A stretch of DNA of 64,000 bases from Eubacteriales bacterium (GTDB lineage Bacteria > Bacillota > Clostridia > Oscillospirales > CAG-272), in contig JAZQBL010000049.1 in the NCBI GenBank assembly GCA_045545665.1, positions 4,631 through 68,630 on the forward strand, read 5' to 3'. Shown here in pieces: positions 1 through 8,861 of the stretch. The notes beneath the pieces were generated by a model that was given only the letters and a program-made list of their open reading frames with translations, was not told the origin of the DNA and searched no databases. The translations under genes were made by a program, and so were the position numbers. The stretch's first letter is position 1. Each line of letters begins with the position of its first letter.

Positions 1-2
1 GG

Positions 3-128
3 GTGCCTTCGACCGCGCTTTATATTCGAGCCGTGGAGCAGGGCGGCAAGATTCTTCTTGTCAGCACCGAAAAAACAAAGAAAGTATATACCGGCCGTGT
101 GAACGCGTCGGATATGCAAAGAGTGTAA
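3..128 (+). CDS. 3' end of an unidentified gene, 5'-partial at the window edge, probably phage-associated
   Basis: Frame 3 is open from the window edge (..ALYIRAVEQGGKILLVSTEKTKKVYTGRVNASDMQRV*) with TAA at 126-128. It sits 13 nt upstream of the holin ATG and is GC-rich like the holin. No family recognised. Confidence 0.3.
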   Translation: MPSTALYIRAVEQGGKILLVSTEKTKKVYTGRVNASDMQRV

Positions 129-141
129 AGGAGGGCTGAAA

Positions 142-342
142 ATGGATAAATTCAAGAAGTGGATTAAAGCAGCGGGCGTCCGCGCGGTTAAGACCGTCGC
201 ACAGACCGCCGTTGCAACGATCGGAACTTCCGCCGTACTTGGCGACGTCAACTGGGTTATGGTTGCCAGCGCTTCCGCGCTTGCGGGCGTCCTTTCCTTG
301 CTGACTTCCGTTGCGGGCATTCCCGAAGTGAAAGAAGAGTAA
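142..342 (+). CDS. small phage holin (r1t / Phage_holin_1-like)
   Basis: 66 aa. The pattern KAAGVRAVKTVAQTAVATIG..DVNW..ASASALAGVLSLLTSVAGIP, two hydrophobic segments and a charged tail EVKEE, resembles lactococcal r1t-type holins (from memory). RBS AAAGGAGGG lies 6 nt upstream. Hand count gives 113/201 G+C (56%), visibly above neighbouring genes. Confidence 0.7.
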   Translation: MDKFKKWIKAAGVRAVKTVAQTAVATIGTSAVLGDVNWVMVASASALAGVLSLLTSVAGIPEVKEE

Positions 343-352
343 AAAACAAAAT

Positions 353-387
353 AGCGGGCAGGGCTTACGCCTTGTCCGCTATTTTTG
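353..387 (+). terminator. rho-independent terminator after the holin
   Basis: Stem agcgggcagggc / gccttgtccgct (12 bp including G-U pairs), loop ttac, then ATTTTTG. Confidence 0.75.
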
Positions 388-448
388 CGATCAAACCGAA
401 CACCCCGCCGGGCATAAAGAAAATTACGGTGTTCGATTTATTAAAGTT

Positions 449-799
449 TGGTGGAGGCGAGGGGAATTGAACCCCTGTCCGAAAAGCTCTTGATACAACT
501 TTCTCCGGGCGCAGAGTATCTTTATTTATTCCCGTTATTTCTCACCGATACTCAGGTATAAAACAACGGTAGCTTTTTTATTTATGGCCGCTTCAAAAGC
601 AAAAGGGCGACGCACATTTACCACTGCATGACACCCGTATCACGGCCGTGGTCCTCCGTGGCGGATGCTCGCCGATTAGGCAGCGAGAGCTACGTTATTA
701 TCGTTAGCGTTTAATTTTAAAGTTGCACTTTTTAAAGAGGTAATGCGCCTCTGCCCGCTTATCGTACCTCAAACTCCCCGTCGAAGCCTTTACGCCCCC
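449..799 (-). ncRNA. ssrA: tmRNA (SsrA)
   Basis: The minus strand reads 5'-GGGGGCGTAAAGGCTTCGACGGGG... and ends ...GGACAGGGGTTCAATTCCCCTCGCCTCCACCA-3', giving a tRNA-Ala-like acceptor and T-arm with encoded CCA. It contains an internal tag ORF and lies directly downstream of smpB. Confidence 0.93.
677..709 (-). other. tmRNA tag-peptide reading frame (ANDNNVALAA-stop)
   Basis: Minus strand GCT AAC GAT AAT AAC GTA GCT CTC GCT GCC TAA, with the typical ..ALAA C-terminal degron. The exact resume codon is inferred. Confidence 0.7.
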
Positions 800-824
800 A
801 TATGAAGAATTTGCGGTTTACAGT

Positions 825-1301
825 TTACTCGTATCTTCCGTTTGATTTTTCGTATCTTTCGATGGATCGAGCCGCCTGCTTTTTAGCATCGACCTCACGC
901 TTGTCATAAAGCTTTTTACCTTTGCAGAGCCCAATTTCAAGCTTGACGTACTGTCCGCTGAAATAGAGCGACAGCGGAATTATCGAAAGTCCTTCCTGAC
1001 CGACCTGGCCTTGAAGCTTCAATATTTCCTTTTTGTGCATGAGCAGTTTTTTTTCTCTCAAAGGGTCTCTGTTGAATATGTTGCCTTTTTCGTACGGACT
1101 TATGTGTACGCCGAGGGCGAATATTTCACCTTTTTTTATGTGGCAGAATGAATCCTTTAAGTTTACAGTACCTGCTCTTATTGACTTTACTTCCGTTCCG
1201 AAAAGCTGAAGTCCCGCTTCGTAAGTGGAAAGGACGTAGTAATCGTGATATGCTTTTTTGTTCGTCGCTATTATTTTTTTGCCGTCATTATTTTTAGCCA
1301 T
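825..1301 (-). CDS. smpB: SsrA-binding protein SmpB
   Basis: [36 protein letters not shown].. is the canonical SmpB N-terminus. ATG at 1301 follows RBS AAGGAGTG; the GTG at 1310 in the ORF track overlaps that RBS. Confidence 0.95.
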   Translation of the reverse strand: MAKNNDGKKIIATNKKAYHDYYVLSTYEAGLQLFGTEVKSIRAGTVNLKDSFCHIKKGEIFALGVHISPYEKGNIFNRDPLREKKLLMHKKEILKLQGQVGQEGLSIIPLSLYFSGQYVKLEIGLCKGKKLYDKREVDAKKQAARSIERYEKSNGRYE

Positions 1302-1436
1302 AACGATCACTCCTTTCGTAATTACCGTTTCATATTATCATAAAAAAAGAATTTGTTCAAGTGGTTTTATTAAAAAAATATTTAACTCTGTATTACATAG
1401 ACCGTATATTTTGGTGTAAAAAGAAGAAAAAGATGA

Positions 1437-1465
1437 TTGACAGGAGATTTTTACTATGGTATATT
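1437..1465 (+). promoter_or_regulatory. sigma-A type promoter for the hydrolase gene
   Basis: TTGACA (1437-1442), 17-nt spacer, TG-n-TATATT (-10 at 1460-1465). Confidence 0.55.
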
Positions 1466-1488
1466 ATCATCAGAAAAGAGGTAAAGAT

Positions 1489-2175
1489 ATGGACATAAAG
1501 CTTTTTTATAAAGAAAGAGGATGCGGCGAGGCACTCATCCTTTTGCACGGTAATAACGGTGATTGCGATTATTTCACGTCTCAAATTGAATATTTTTCAA
1601 AAAGCTTTCACGTTATTGCACCGGATACGAGAGGACACGGAAGAACTCCGAGAGGCGACAAAACGTTTGCTTTGCGCACGTTTGCCGATGATCTGTTCTG
1701 TTTTATGGATGAATTGAATATTGAAAAGGCGCATATTCTCGGCTTTTCCGACGGTGCAAATATTGCCATGCTTTTTGCTCTGAAATATCCTAATAAAGTC
1801 CGAAGCCTTGTGCTTAACGGCGGTAATTTAAACGGTGACGGTGTTGAAGATGAGCTTCAAGCCTCAATTTGTAAAGAATATAAAGAGCTTCTGAATATGC
1901 CGTTTAAAACCCCCGAACAAAAAAGAACGGAAGAAATGCTTTCGATAATGATAAACGATCCGAATATTTCCGAAAAAGAGCTTTCAAACATCAAGGCTCC
2001 CACGCTTGTGATTGCCGGAACGTACGATCTCATAAAAACAGAACATACAAAGCTGATACACCGCTGTATTCCTTCATCAAAGCTTGTTTTTGTAGAGGGC
2101 GGGCATCTTATCGCTGCCGAAAGATCTGATGAATTTAACAGAGCAGTTGATGATTTTTATAAACATTTGATGTGA
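1489..2175 (+). CDS. alpha/beta-fold hydrolase
   Basis: LILLHGNNGD oxyanion region, GFSDGA nucleophile elbow (G-x-S-x-G) and a C-terminal GGH motif. ATG 1489 follows RBS AAAGAGG and lies downstream of the predicted promoter. Confidence 0.85.
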   Translation: MDIKLFYKERGCGEALILLHGNNGDCDYFTSQIEYFSKSFHVIAPDTRGHGRTPRGDKTFALRTFADDLFCFMDELNIEKAHILGFSDGANIAMLFALKYPNKVRSLVLNGGNLNGDGVEDELQASICKEYKELLNMPFKTPEQKRTEEMLSIMINDPNISEKELSNIKAPTLVIAGTYDLIKTEHTKLIHRCIPSSKLVFVEGGHLIAAERSDEFNRAVDDFYKHLM

Positions 2176-2219
2176 TCATATTAAAACACCGTCTTCCGAT
2201 TCCGAAAGACGGTGATGTT

Positions 2220-2912
2220 TTATTTGTCGTATTCAAACGGTATTTCTATTTTTGGCGTACCGTCGTTTATTGCGTTTACGGTTACAACGAGAGAAAGATC
2301 GTATTCGTAATACATATCTTTACTTATCCAGTGTTCCGTTACGGCTTTTATTTTGTAACCCATAAGATAGCCGTTAAGGCTGAGAATGACGCTTCCCGAT
2401 GCCTTTGTTGCTTTCATTCCCGTTTCGGCGATGACAAGATCGTTCAGTTTACTGTCCGCAACCTTGAATTCGTACGTTTTATAATTTTCACCGTCAACGT
2501 ATGAATATTCACCCATAAGCTCGGGAGTAATGTTGCACATCATCGTTTCGCTTGTAAGAGTCATCGGAAAGTCGGGATTTAACAGCTTTCCTTCTTTGCT
2601 GTAATATTTACCGTCTATAAAATAATCTTCGCCTTCTACGTCGCCTGTGCGTTTGACGTATGCTACAGTTGAGTTCTTATTTTTGTTCTGGATTATGTTG
2701 TTGGAGTAATGTGTGGATGAATCTCCGTCCATAACGTCGTATTTTATGTCGACTGTTATGTCAAAATTTCCGCCTTCGTAAAGATCGTTAAGCGCTGCCT
2801 CGAGCCTTTCGCCTTCTGACATTTCAATTCTCGTTTTTTCTTTTCCGCAGGAGGGAGAAAAAACGAGAGTGAGTGCTAAAAATGCAGCTGTAATTAATCT
2901 TATTCTTTTCAT
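2220..2912 (-). CDS. hypothetical lipoprotein
   Basis: MKRIRLITAAFLALTLVFSPSC signal peptide with a lipobox Cys. No family recognised. Confidence 0.7.
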   Translation of the reverse strand: MKRIRLITAAFLALTLVFSPSCGKEKTRIEMSEGERLEAALNDLYEGGNFDITVDIKYDVMDGDSSTHYSNNIIQNKNKNSTVAYVKRTGDVEGEDYFIDGKYYSKEGKLLNPDFPMTLTSETMMCNITPELMGEYSYVDGENYKTYEFKVADSKLNDLVIAETGMKATKASGSVILSLNGYLMGYKIKAVTEHWISKDMYYEYDLSLVVTVNAINDGTPKIEIPFEYDK

Positions 2913-3114
2913 TATAAATCTTATGCCTTCCCATAGTATAGTGACCATTTTACAGTATAATACACGATGAAGAGTAATTCAATATTAAAATGTTAATAAA
3001 TCATAAGCTGTTTTTTTGTATGTTGGTTTACACAATGTTTACAATAAAAAATATTATTAAAAAAAGAAAAAAGGCTTTTTTTGCGTATATTACTACGAAA
3101 AGGGGAGGAAAGAT

Positions 3115-4866
3115 ATGAGATTCGACAGTAGTTTTATCGAAGAACTTAAAGCTCGATGCGATATAGTCGATATAATAAGCGGCTATGTCAACTTGAAACG
3201 TGCCGGCTCAAACTATGTCGGACTGTGTCCGTTTCATAATGAAAAATCCCCGTCGTTTACCGTGTTTACAAAAAACGATTCCTGCTATTGCTTCGGTTGC
3301 GGAGCGGGCGGCGACGTTATCACGTTTATAATGCGTATCGAAAACCTCGATTACGTTTCGGCACTTGAATTTCTTGCTAACCGTGCAGGTCTTTCGCTTC
3401 CCGTTGACAGGATAAACGAAGGCGCTGTAAACAAGCGTAAACGCATATTGGAAATGAACAAACACGCCGCACGTTTTTTTAATTCGGAGCTTACAAGCGG
3501 AAAATATAAAAATGCAACGGAGTATGCGCAAAGAAGAGGACTTTCCGGGGCTGTCGGCAAACGGTTCGGAATAGGGTACTGTCCGGATTCTTACGGCGTC
3601 CTTGCGAATCATTTGCGTTCCTTGGGATATACTTCCGCTGAAATGAAAGAAGGCTTTCTTTGCGGTGAGGGTAAAAACGGCAAGCTTTTTGATTATTACA
3701 GAGGACGGCTCATTTTCCCGATAATCGACCCTGCAGGCAACGTTGTTGCCTTTGGAGGAAGAGCGCTCGGAGATGAAAAACCGAAATATTTAAATACAAA
3801 CGATACACCCGCATTTAAGAAAGGCAGAAACCTTTTTGCCTTGAACTATGCGAAAAACTCAAAAGAGGATTATTTTATCCTTTGCGAAGGATATACAGAC
3901 GTTATAGCGTTGCATGCCGCAGGATTCACATCAGCCGTTGCAGGCCTCGGTACGGCTTTTACGCAGGAACAGGCGGCGATGCTGAAAAAATATAAAAGCA
4001 AGGTCGTTATATGCTACGACGGTGATGAAGCCGGACGAAAGGCGACAAACAGAGCCATCCCCATTTTGACGGCGGCGTCTCTTGAAGTACGCGCGCTTTC
4101 GCTGCCGGTAGGAGTTGACCCCGATGAATTCATACAAAAGTACGGCAAGGAACGCTTTTCGCACCTTATAAACGAATCCAAAAGTGAATTTCAGTTCAAA
4201 TGCGATGCTATTCTGGCAGAGCATAATATTTCAGTGCCCGAAGAAAAAGTAAAAGCGTCCGATGCGATATGTTCGGTGCTTGCAAGAATATCTTCCGACG
4301 TTGAAAGAGAAGTATATACGGCAAAAGCGGCAAAAATGCTTGATGTTTCCGAAGACAGCCTGAAGACGGATGTAAAGAAAAAAAGACTTTCGTTTGCAAG
4401 AAAAGAAAAAAGAAAGTTTGCAGACGACGTAAAACGCACCGCTATGGGCTTCGGGGATAAAGTAAATCCCGATACCGTAAAAAACGTACGCGCCGCAAGA
4501 GCTGAGGAAGTTATTCTCGGTATTGCGCAGATAAATCCCGAATATATGGAAAAAGCGGAGAAAGAGGGCGGACTTTCCGAAGATATATTCTTTACCGCAT
4601 TCGGGAAAAAAGTTTATCTCGTCATAAGGGATATATTTGAAAAAGAACGAAGATTTGATCCTGCTTTTCTTGCAGGTGAGTTTACACCCGAACAGATAGG
4701 GCGAATAACAAAAATGTACATCGACAGACAGGCGTTGTCGAATAATACTTACGGGGTGTTTTCACAAAGCGTCGACGTGCTTATTAAAGAAAAAGAGTCG
4801 GCAGAAATGTCGAACGACACAGTGAGCGATATAGAAGCTCTTATAAAGTCAAAAAGAAAAGATTAA
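3115..4866 (+). CDS. dnaG: DNA primase DnaG
   Basis: CHC2 zinc finger ([22 protein letters not shown]), TOPRIM motif ([17 protein letters not shown]), and it precedes sigA. Confidence 0.95.
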   Translation: MRFDSSFIEELKARCDIVDIISGYVNLKRAGSNYVGLCPFHNEKSPSFTVFTKNDSCYCFGCGAGGDVITFIMRIENLDYVSALEFLANRAGLSLPVDRINEGAVNKRKRILEMNKHAARFFNSELTSGKYKNATEYAQRRGLSGAVGKRFGIGYCPDSYGVLANHLRSLGYTSAEMKEGFLCGEGKNGKLFDYYRGRLIFPIIDPAGNVVAFGGRALGDEKPKYLNTNDTPAFKKGRNLFALNYAKNSKEDYFILCEGYTDVIALHAAGFTSAVAGLGTAFTQEQAAMLKKYKSKVVICYDGDEAGRKATNRAIPILTAASLEVRALSLPVGVDPDEFIQKYGKERFSHLINESKSEFQFKCDAILAEHNISVPEEKVKASDAICSVLARISSDVEREVYTAKAAKMLDVSEDSLKTDVKKKRLSFARKEKRKFADDVKRTAMGFGDKVNPDTVKNVRAARAEEVILGIAQINPEYMEKAEKEGGLSEDIFFTAFGKKVYLVIRDIFEKERRFDPAFLAGEFTPEQIGRITKMYIDRQALSNNTYGVFSQSVDVLIKEKESAEMSNDTVSDIEALIKSKRKD

Positions 4867-4901
4867 TTTTACCTTACATAAAGAAAGGAACGGTCGGTAA
4901 A

Positions 4902-5999
4902 ATGGAACAGGCAAAGAAAAATGCTATGAAATTGTTGATGGAAAAGGGAAAACAGAAGGGTTCTCTTACCAATAACGAGATTATGGAAGCGTTTGAAGAG
5001 ATCGACCTCGATCTCGATCAGATCGAAAAATTCTACGATACGCTCCAGGGCATGGGTATCGAGATCGTTGGATATCTTGATAACGAACATGAATTCGACG
5101 AAATAGAAAGCGAAGTCGAAAAATACGAAAGCGCCGAGGATATGGAAAAAATGCTGGCGCAGGAGGGACTCCCCATAGACGACCCCGTTCGTATGTACCT
5201 TAAAGAAATAGGACAGTTTCCGCTGCTTGACAGCGAAAGAGAGCTGTATCTTGCACAGCGTATGGCAGACGGTGACGACAAGGCGAAAAAAGAACTCGTT
5301 ACAGCAAACCTGCGTCTTGTTGTAAGTATTGCCAAAAGATACGTAAGCAAGGGTATGTTCTTCCTCGATCTCATTCAGGAGGGTAACCTCGGTCTTATGA
5401 AGGCGGTTGAAAAGTTTGATTACACGAAGGGATATAAATTTTCAACGTATGCTACGTGGTGGATAAGACAAGCTATTACAAGAGCTATAGCGGATCAGGC
5501 AAGAACGATAAGAATTCCCGTTCATATGGTCGAAACGATACACAAGGTAACAAAGACGACACGCCAGCTTTTGCAGGAATACGGCAGAGAACCTTCCGCA
5601 GAGGAGATCGCCGCCGAGCTTAATATGAGCGTTGAAAAGGTCCGTGATATAATGAAGATAGCACAGGATCCCGTTTCTCTTGAAACGCCTATAGGCGAAG
5701 AGGAAGACAGCCACCTTGGCGACTTTATTCCCGATGACGACTCACCTGCTCCTGCAGACGCGGCATTCTACACTTTGCTCCGCGAACAGCTCAACGAGGT
5801 CCTCAATACGCTCACTCCCCGTGAGGCACAGGTGCTCCGTTTGAGATTCGGTCTTGAAGACGGCAGAACGAGAACGCTTGAGGAAGTCGGAAAAGTCTTC
5901 AATATAACGAGAGAAAGAATCAGACAGATAGAAGCAAAGGCACTTCGCAAGCTCAGACATCCGAGCCGTTCCAAGCGTCTTAAGGACTATTTGGACTGA
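4902..5999 (+). CDS. sigA: primary RNA polymerase sigma factor (SigA/RpoD)
   Basis: Region 2 is [53 protein letters not shown]. Region 4.2 is [30 protein letters not shown]. Confidence 0.95.
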   Translation: MEQAKKNAMKLLMEKGKQKGSLTNNEIMEAFEEIDLDLDQIEKFYDTLQGMGIEIVGYLDNEHEFDEIESEVEKYESAEDMEKMLAQEGLPIDDPVRMYLKEIGQFPLLDSERELYLAQRMADGDDKAKKELVTANLRLVVSIAKRYVSKGMFFLDLIQEGNLGLMKAVEKFDYTKGYKFSTYATWWIRQAITRAIADQARTIRIPVHMVETIHKVTKTTRQLLQEYGREPSAEEIAAELNMSVEKVRDIMKIAQDPVSLETPIGEEEDSHLGDFIPDDDSPAPADAAFYTLLREQLNEVLNTLTPREAQVLRLRFGLEDGRTRTLEEVGKVFNITRERIRQIEAKALRKLRHPSRSKRLKDYLD

Positions 6000-6037
6000 T
6001 AAATTACCGCTGTTTATATTTTATTTAAAAAAACTAC

Positions 6038-6066
6038 TTGACTGAACGTCAATTTTAGTGTAATAT
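6038..6066 (+). promoter_or_regulatory. sigma-A type promoter
   Basis: TTGACT (6038-6043), 17 nt, TG-TAATAT (-10 at 6061-6066), about 95 nt upstream of the 6163 ATG. Confidence 0.5.
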
Positions 6067-6162
6067 GTAACTGTATATTTATAGACAGAACTTTTGTTCT
6101 CGTAATTTAATTTTTTGATGAAGTATTCTTCACAATCAAAGAAAGGCATGGTCACATAACAA

Positions 6163-8643
6163 ATGAAAAAGAGATTATTCGCAATCTTTCTCGCCCTTGC
6201 AATGATGTTACCTGTAGCACTTGCAGGCTGTTCTTCGGGTTCTTCTGCTGCAGAAGGCGAAGACATAATCGAAGCTGATGAAATAGCGGCGAGAAAACCG
6301 AAAACCGTTGTTTTGACACTTATGACGGGTGATGAAACGACTGACGAGGCAATAAAAGCCGTTCAGGATGAGATAAACTCAATAACAACACAGCGCTTTA
6401 AAACGCAGGTAATCCTCCGTTACTTTAAAGAAAGCGAATATGAAGAAAAAATAGACCAGATAGTTGCTGAGATCGCAGAAGAGCAGACTTTGAAAGCAGA
6501 GCAGGAAAGTGTTGCCGATGCTTCCGAAAAAGAATCAAAGCGTTTGGCAGCTATAGATAAGCTCATTGCCAACGATAAGGATCAGGGCGGCAGAAAGAGC
6601 AAATGGTACAAGGAAGAAGCTCAGGAAGAGGAAGAAAGCGAAACGGAATATTACGAAACAGAATTTAATATTCTCGGTTCTTCCGTTGAAAAATATCCTA
6701 CACCTTCCTCTACGCAGATGGACGTATTCCTTATCTGCGGTGCGGCAAATCTTTCAAAGTACGTAAATGATGAAACGTATGCAACCGATAACGAATCATT
6801 CTTGCTTCAGCTTGATGAAATGCTTGCTGATAAAGCAAAAGAGCTTCATCAGTATTTGAACCCCAACGTTCTTTTGGGCGGTAAGGTCGGCGACGGTACG
6901 TACGCAATACCGACTAACAGACAGTTGGCTTATGACTACACGTATCTCGTTCTTGACAAAGCTCTTATGGCTAAATACGGCATAAACGAAGAAAAGATAA
7001 CAGGTCTTACAGATAAAGAAACGATCAAATATCTTAACGCTGTAAGCGCAGGCGAAACGGATGTTACACCTATCCTCAATCCTTTGGCAGGTCTTTACGA
7101 CGAAGTTGACGAGGATGCATACATTCAGCCCATAAGCCTTGCAGATGCTCCCGGTATTGTAGGTCTTTTCTCAGGTGAAACGACAATATACGGTACGTAT
7201 CTTTCCAATGCGGCAACATCGGGACTTAAATCTGCTCCGAAGAACATACTTAACCAGTGGCAGTATACTGAATTTTATTCATATATGAAGCAGTTTGAGC
7301 GTAAAGGCTACTTCTGCGAAAACCCCACCGAAGACACAAAGTTTGCTCTTAAAGTTGTCACGGATGATGAATCGTATGCAAGCACGGTCGATACTGATAA
7401 ATACGTTGTAAAGGTTCTTGAAAAGCCCGTTGCATCGACCGAAACAGTCGGTGAATATATGCTCGGTATAAGCAAATACGCATCGGACCCCGACAGATGT
7501 ATGGAAATAATTACATTCCTTAATACTAACTCTGAGTTCAGAAACCTTCTTCAGTACGGTATTGAAGGCGAAAACTACAGAATAGATGAAGCTACCGGCG
7601 CACTTAAGCGTCTTAACCGTGACTATATGATGAATATCTACGTTACGGGTAATACGTTTATCGCATATCCCGAAGAAGATATGAACCTTGACGTTTGGGA
7701 AAAGGCTAAGGAAACAAATAAATCAACGCTTGTTTCTCCCTACCTCGGATTCGTTTTCCAGAATGAAAACAATGCCGATATCATAAAGGATGCTAAGAAG
7801 GTGTCCGATGAGATGTTCAAACGTGTAAACGATTACAACCCCGAAAATGACAGATTAGCAAAGATTGCCGACGGTGAGAATGCTATCGAAGCAGCTAAAG
7901 AGGCACTTATAACGCTCCGCGCGGAGAATGTAACTCTTAAAGCAGCTTATGAGCCTTTCCGCAAGGTCATCGACCCCATTCAGGCTCAGTATGATGCTAT
8001 AAAGGCTCGTCTTGATGATGCAAATAAAGCAAATAAACCTTTTAAGGATGAAGTAACAAAGCTTCAGGCAGAGGTTAAGAAGCAGACTGAAATCATAGAT
8101 GCAAGAACGAAGAGCATTGCAGATGCACAGGCTGAATTGGACGAATTGAAAAAATCCGAAACACCTGCTGCAGATGCTATAGAAAAGCTCGAAAACGATA
8201 TCGTTACTATGCAGTCGGCACTTGATGCTGCACAGAAAGCTCTCAACGAGGCAAATCCTAAGCTTACAGCTGCAGAAGCGGCTATGGCACCCACACAGGC
8301 AACTGTTGATTCCATAACAGCACAGCTTGCCCCTGTTGAGGAAAAGCTCAATGTAGAAAAAGAAAAGGCGAAGGCTGAAAAGGCAGCTCTTGATGAAAAC
8401 GAAGCACAGATCAAAACGAATGAAGATGCAATAGTTGCAAATCAGAAGCTCGTCGATTCTTATAAGCGCACAACGACAGAAGAATATGATGAAATAATCA
8501 TGGATCTGTATGAAGCGTTCTTCTCACAGCTTAACGCAGAACTCAGAAAGAACGAAGCTTACTCTAAATTTATGAATGCGGAAGACGAAAACAGTGTTGT
8601 ATTTATTTACAATAACTGGTACGATGAAATGTACGCCGCTTAA
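6163..8643 (+). CDS. large lipoprotein: family-1 solute-binding-protein-like core with charged and coiled-coil insertions
   Basis: Lipobox PVALAGC. Segments such as GGKVGDGTYAIPTN and YLVLDKALMAKYGI resemble LplA/YtcQ-type sugar SBPs. About 200 aa of the C-terminal region is an A/K/E/Q-rich heptad-like sequence. Confidence 0.7.
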   Translation: MKKRLFAIFLALAMMLPVALAGCSSGSSAAEGEDIIEADEIAARKPKTVVLTLMTGDETTDEAIKAVQDEINSITTQRFKTQVILRYFKESEYEEKIDQIVAEIAEEQTLKAEQESVADASEKESKRLAAIDKLIANDKDQGGRKSKWYKEEAQEEEESETEYYETEFNILGSSVEKYPTPSSTQMDVFLICGAANLSKYVNDETYATDNESFLLQLDEMLADKAKELHQYLNPNVLLGGKVGDGTYAIPTNRQLAYDYTYLVLDKALMAKYGINEEKITGLTDKETIKYLNAVSAGETDVTPILNPLAGLYDEVDEDAYIQPISLADAPGIVGLFSGETTIYGTYLSNAATSGLKSAPKNILNQWQYTEFYSYMKQFERKGYFCENPTEDTKFALKVVTDDESYASTVDTDKYVVKVLEKPVASTETVGEYMLGISKYASDPDRCMEIITFLNTNSEFRNLLQYGIEGENYRIDEATGALKRLNRDYMMNIYVTGNTFIAYPEEDMNLDVWEKAKETNKSTLVSPYLGFVFQNENNADIIKDAKKVSDEMFKRVNDYNPENDRLAKIADGENAIEAAKEALITLRAENVTLKAAYEPFRKVIDPIQAQYDAIKARLDDANKANKPFKDEVTKLQAEVKKQTEIIDARTKSIADAQAELDELKKSETPAADAIEKLENDIVTMQSALDAAQKALNEANPKLTAAEAAMAPTQATVDSITAQLAPVEEKLNVEKEKAKAEKAALDENEAQIKTNEDAIVANQKLVDSYKRTTTEEYDEIIMDLYEAFFSQLNAELRKNEAYSKFMNAEDENSVVFIYNNWYDEMYAA

Positions 8644-8682
8644 TAAGTTTTACAGTATGTAACAACTGAAAAAAAACAACGA

Positions 8683-8716
8683 AAGCCGATACGCGATCAA
8701 GCGTATCGGCTTTTTG
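8683..8716 (+). terminator. rho-independent terminator
   Basis: agccgatacgc / gcgtatcggct stem, loop gatcaa, then TTTTT. Confidence 0.8.
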
Positions 8717-8861
8717 ATATTAAAAATTATGTAATGTTTGCTATTAAATTGTTTTTAAAAAATATTACCTTTTTTGTTGAAATTTAAATCTATATGTGAT
8801 ATCATATATATAAGTGTAAAAATAAATATATACATAAAAAATATTGAAAGGAAGTGCTGTG

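Noticed and set aside
1393-2504. Small ORFs at 1393-1584 (minus strand) and 2172-2504 (plus strand).
   Set aside because: The first overlaps the promoter and 5' end of the hydrolase gene. The second is antisense to the lipoprotein gene. Both have F/I/Y-rich junk composition and no RBS.
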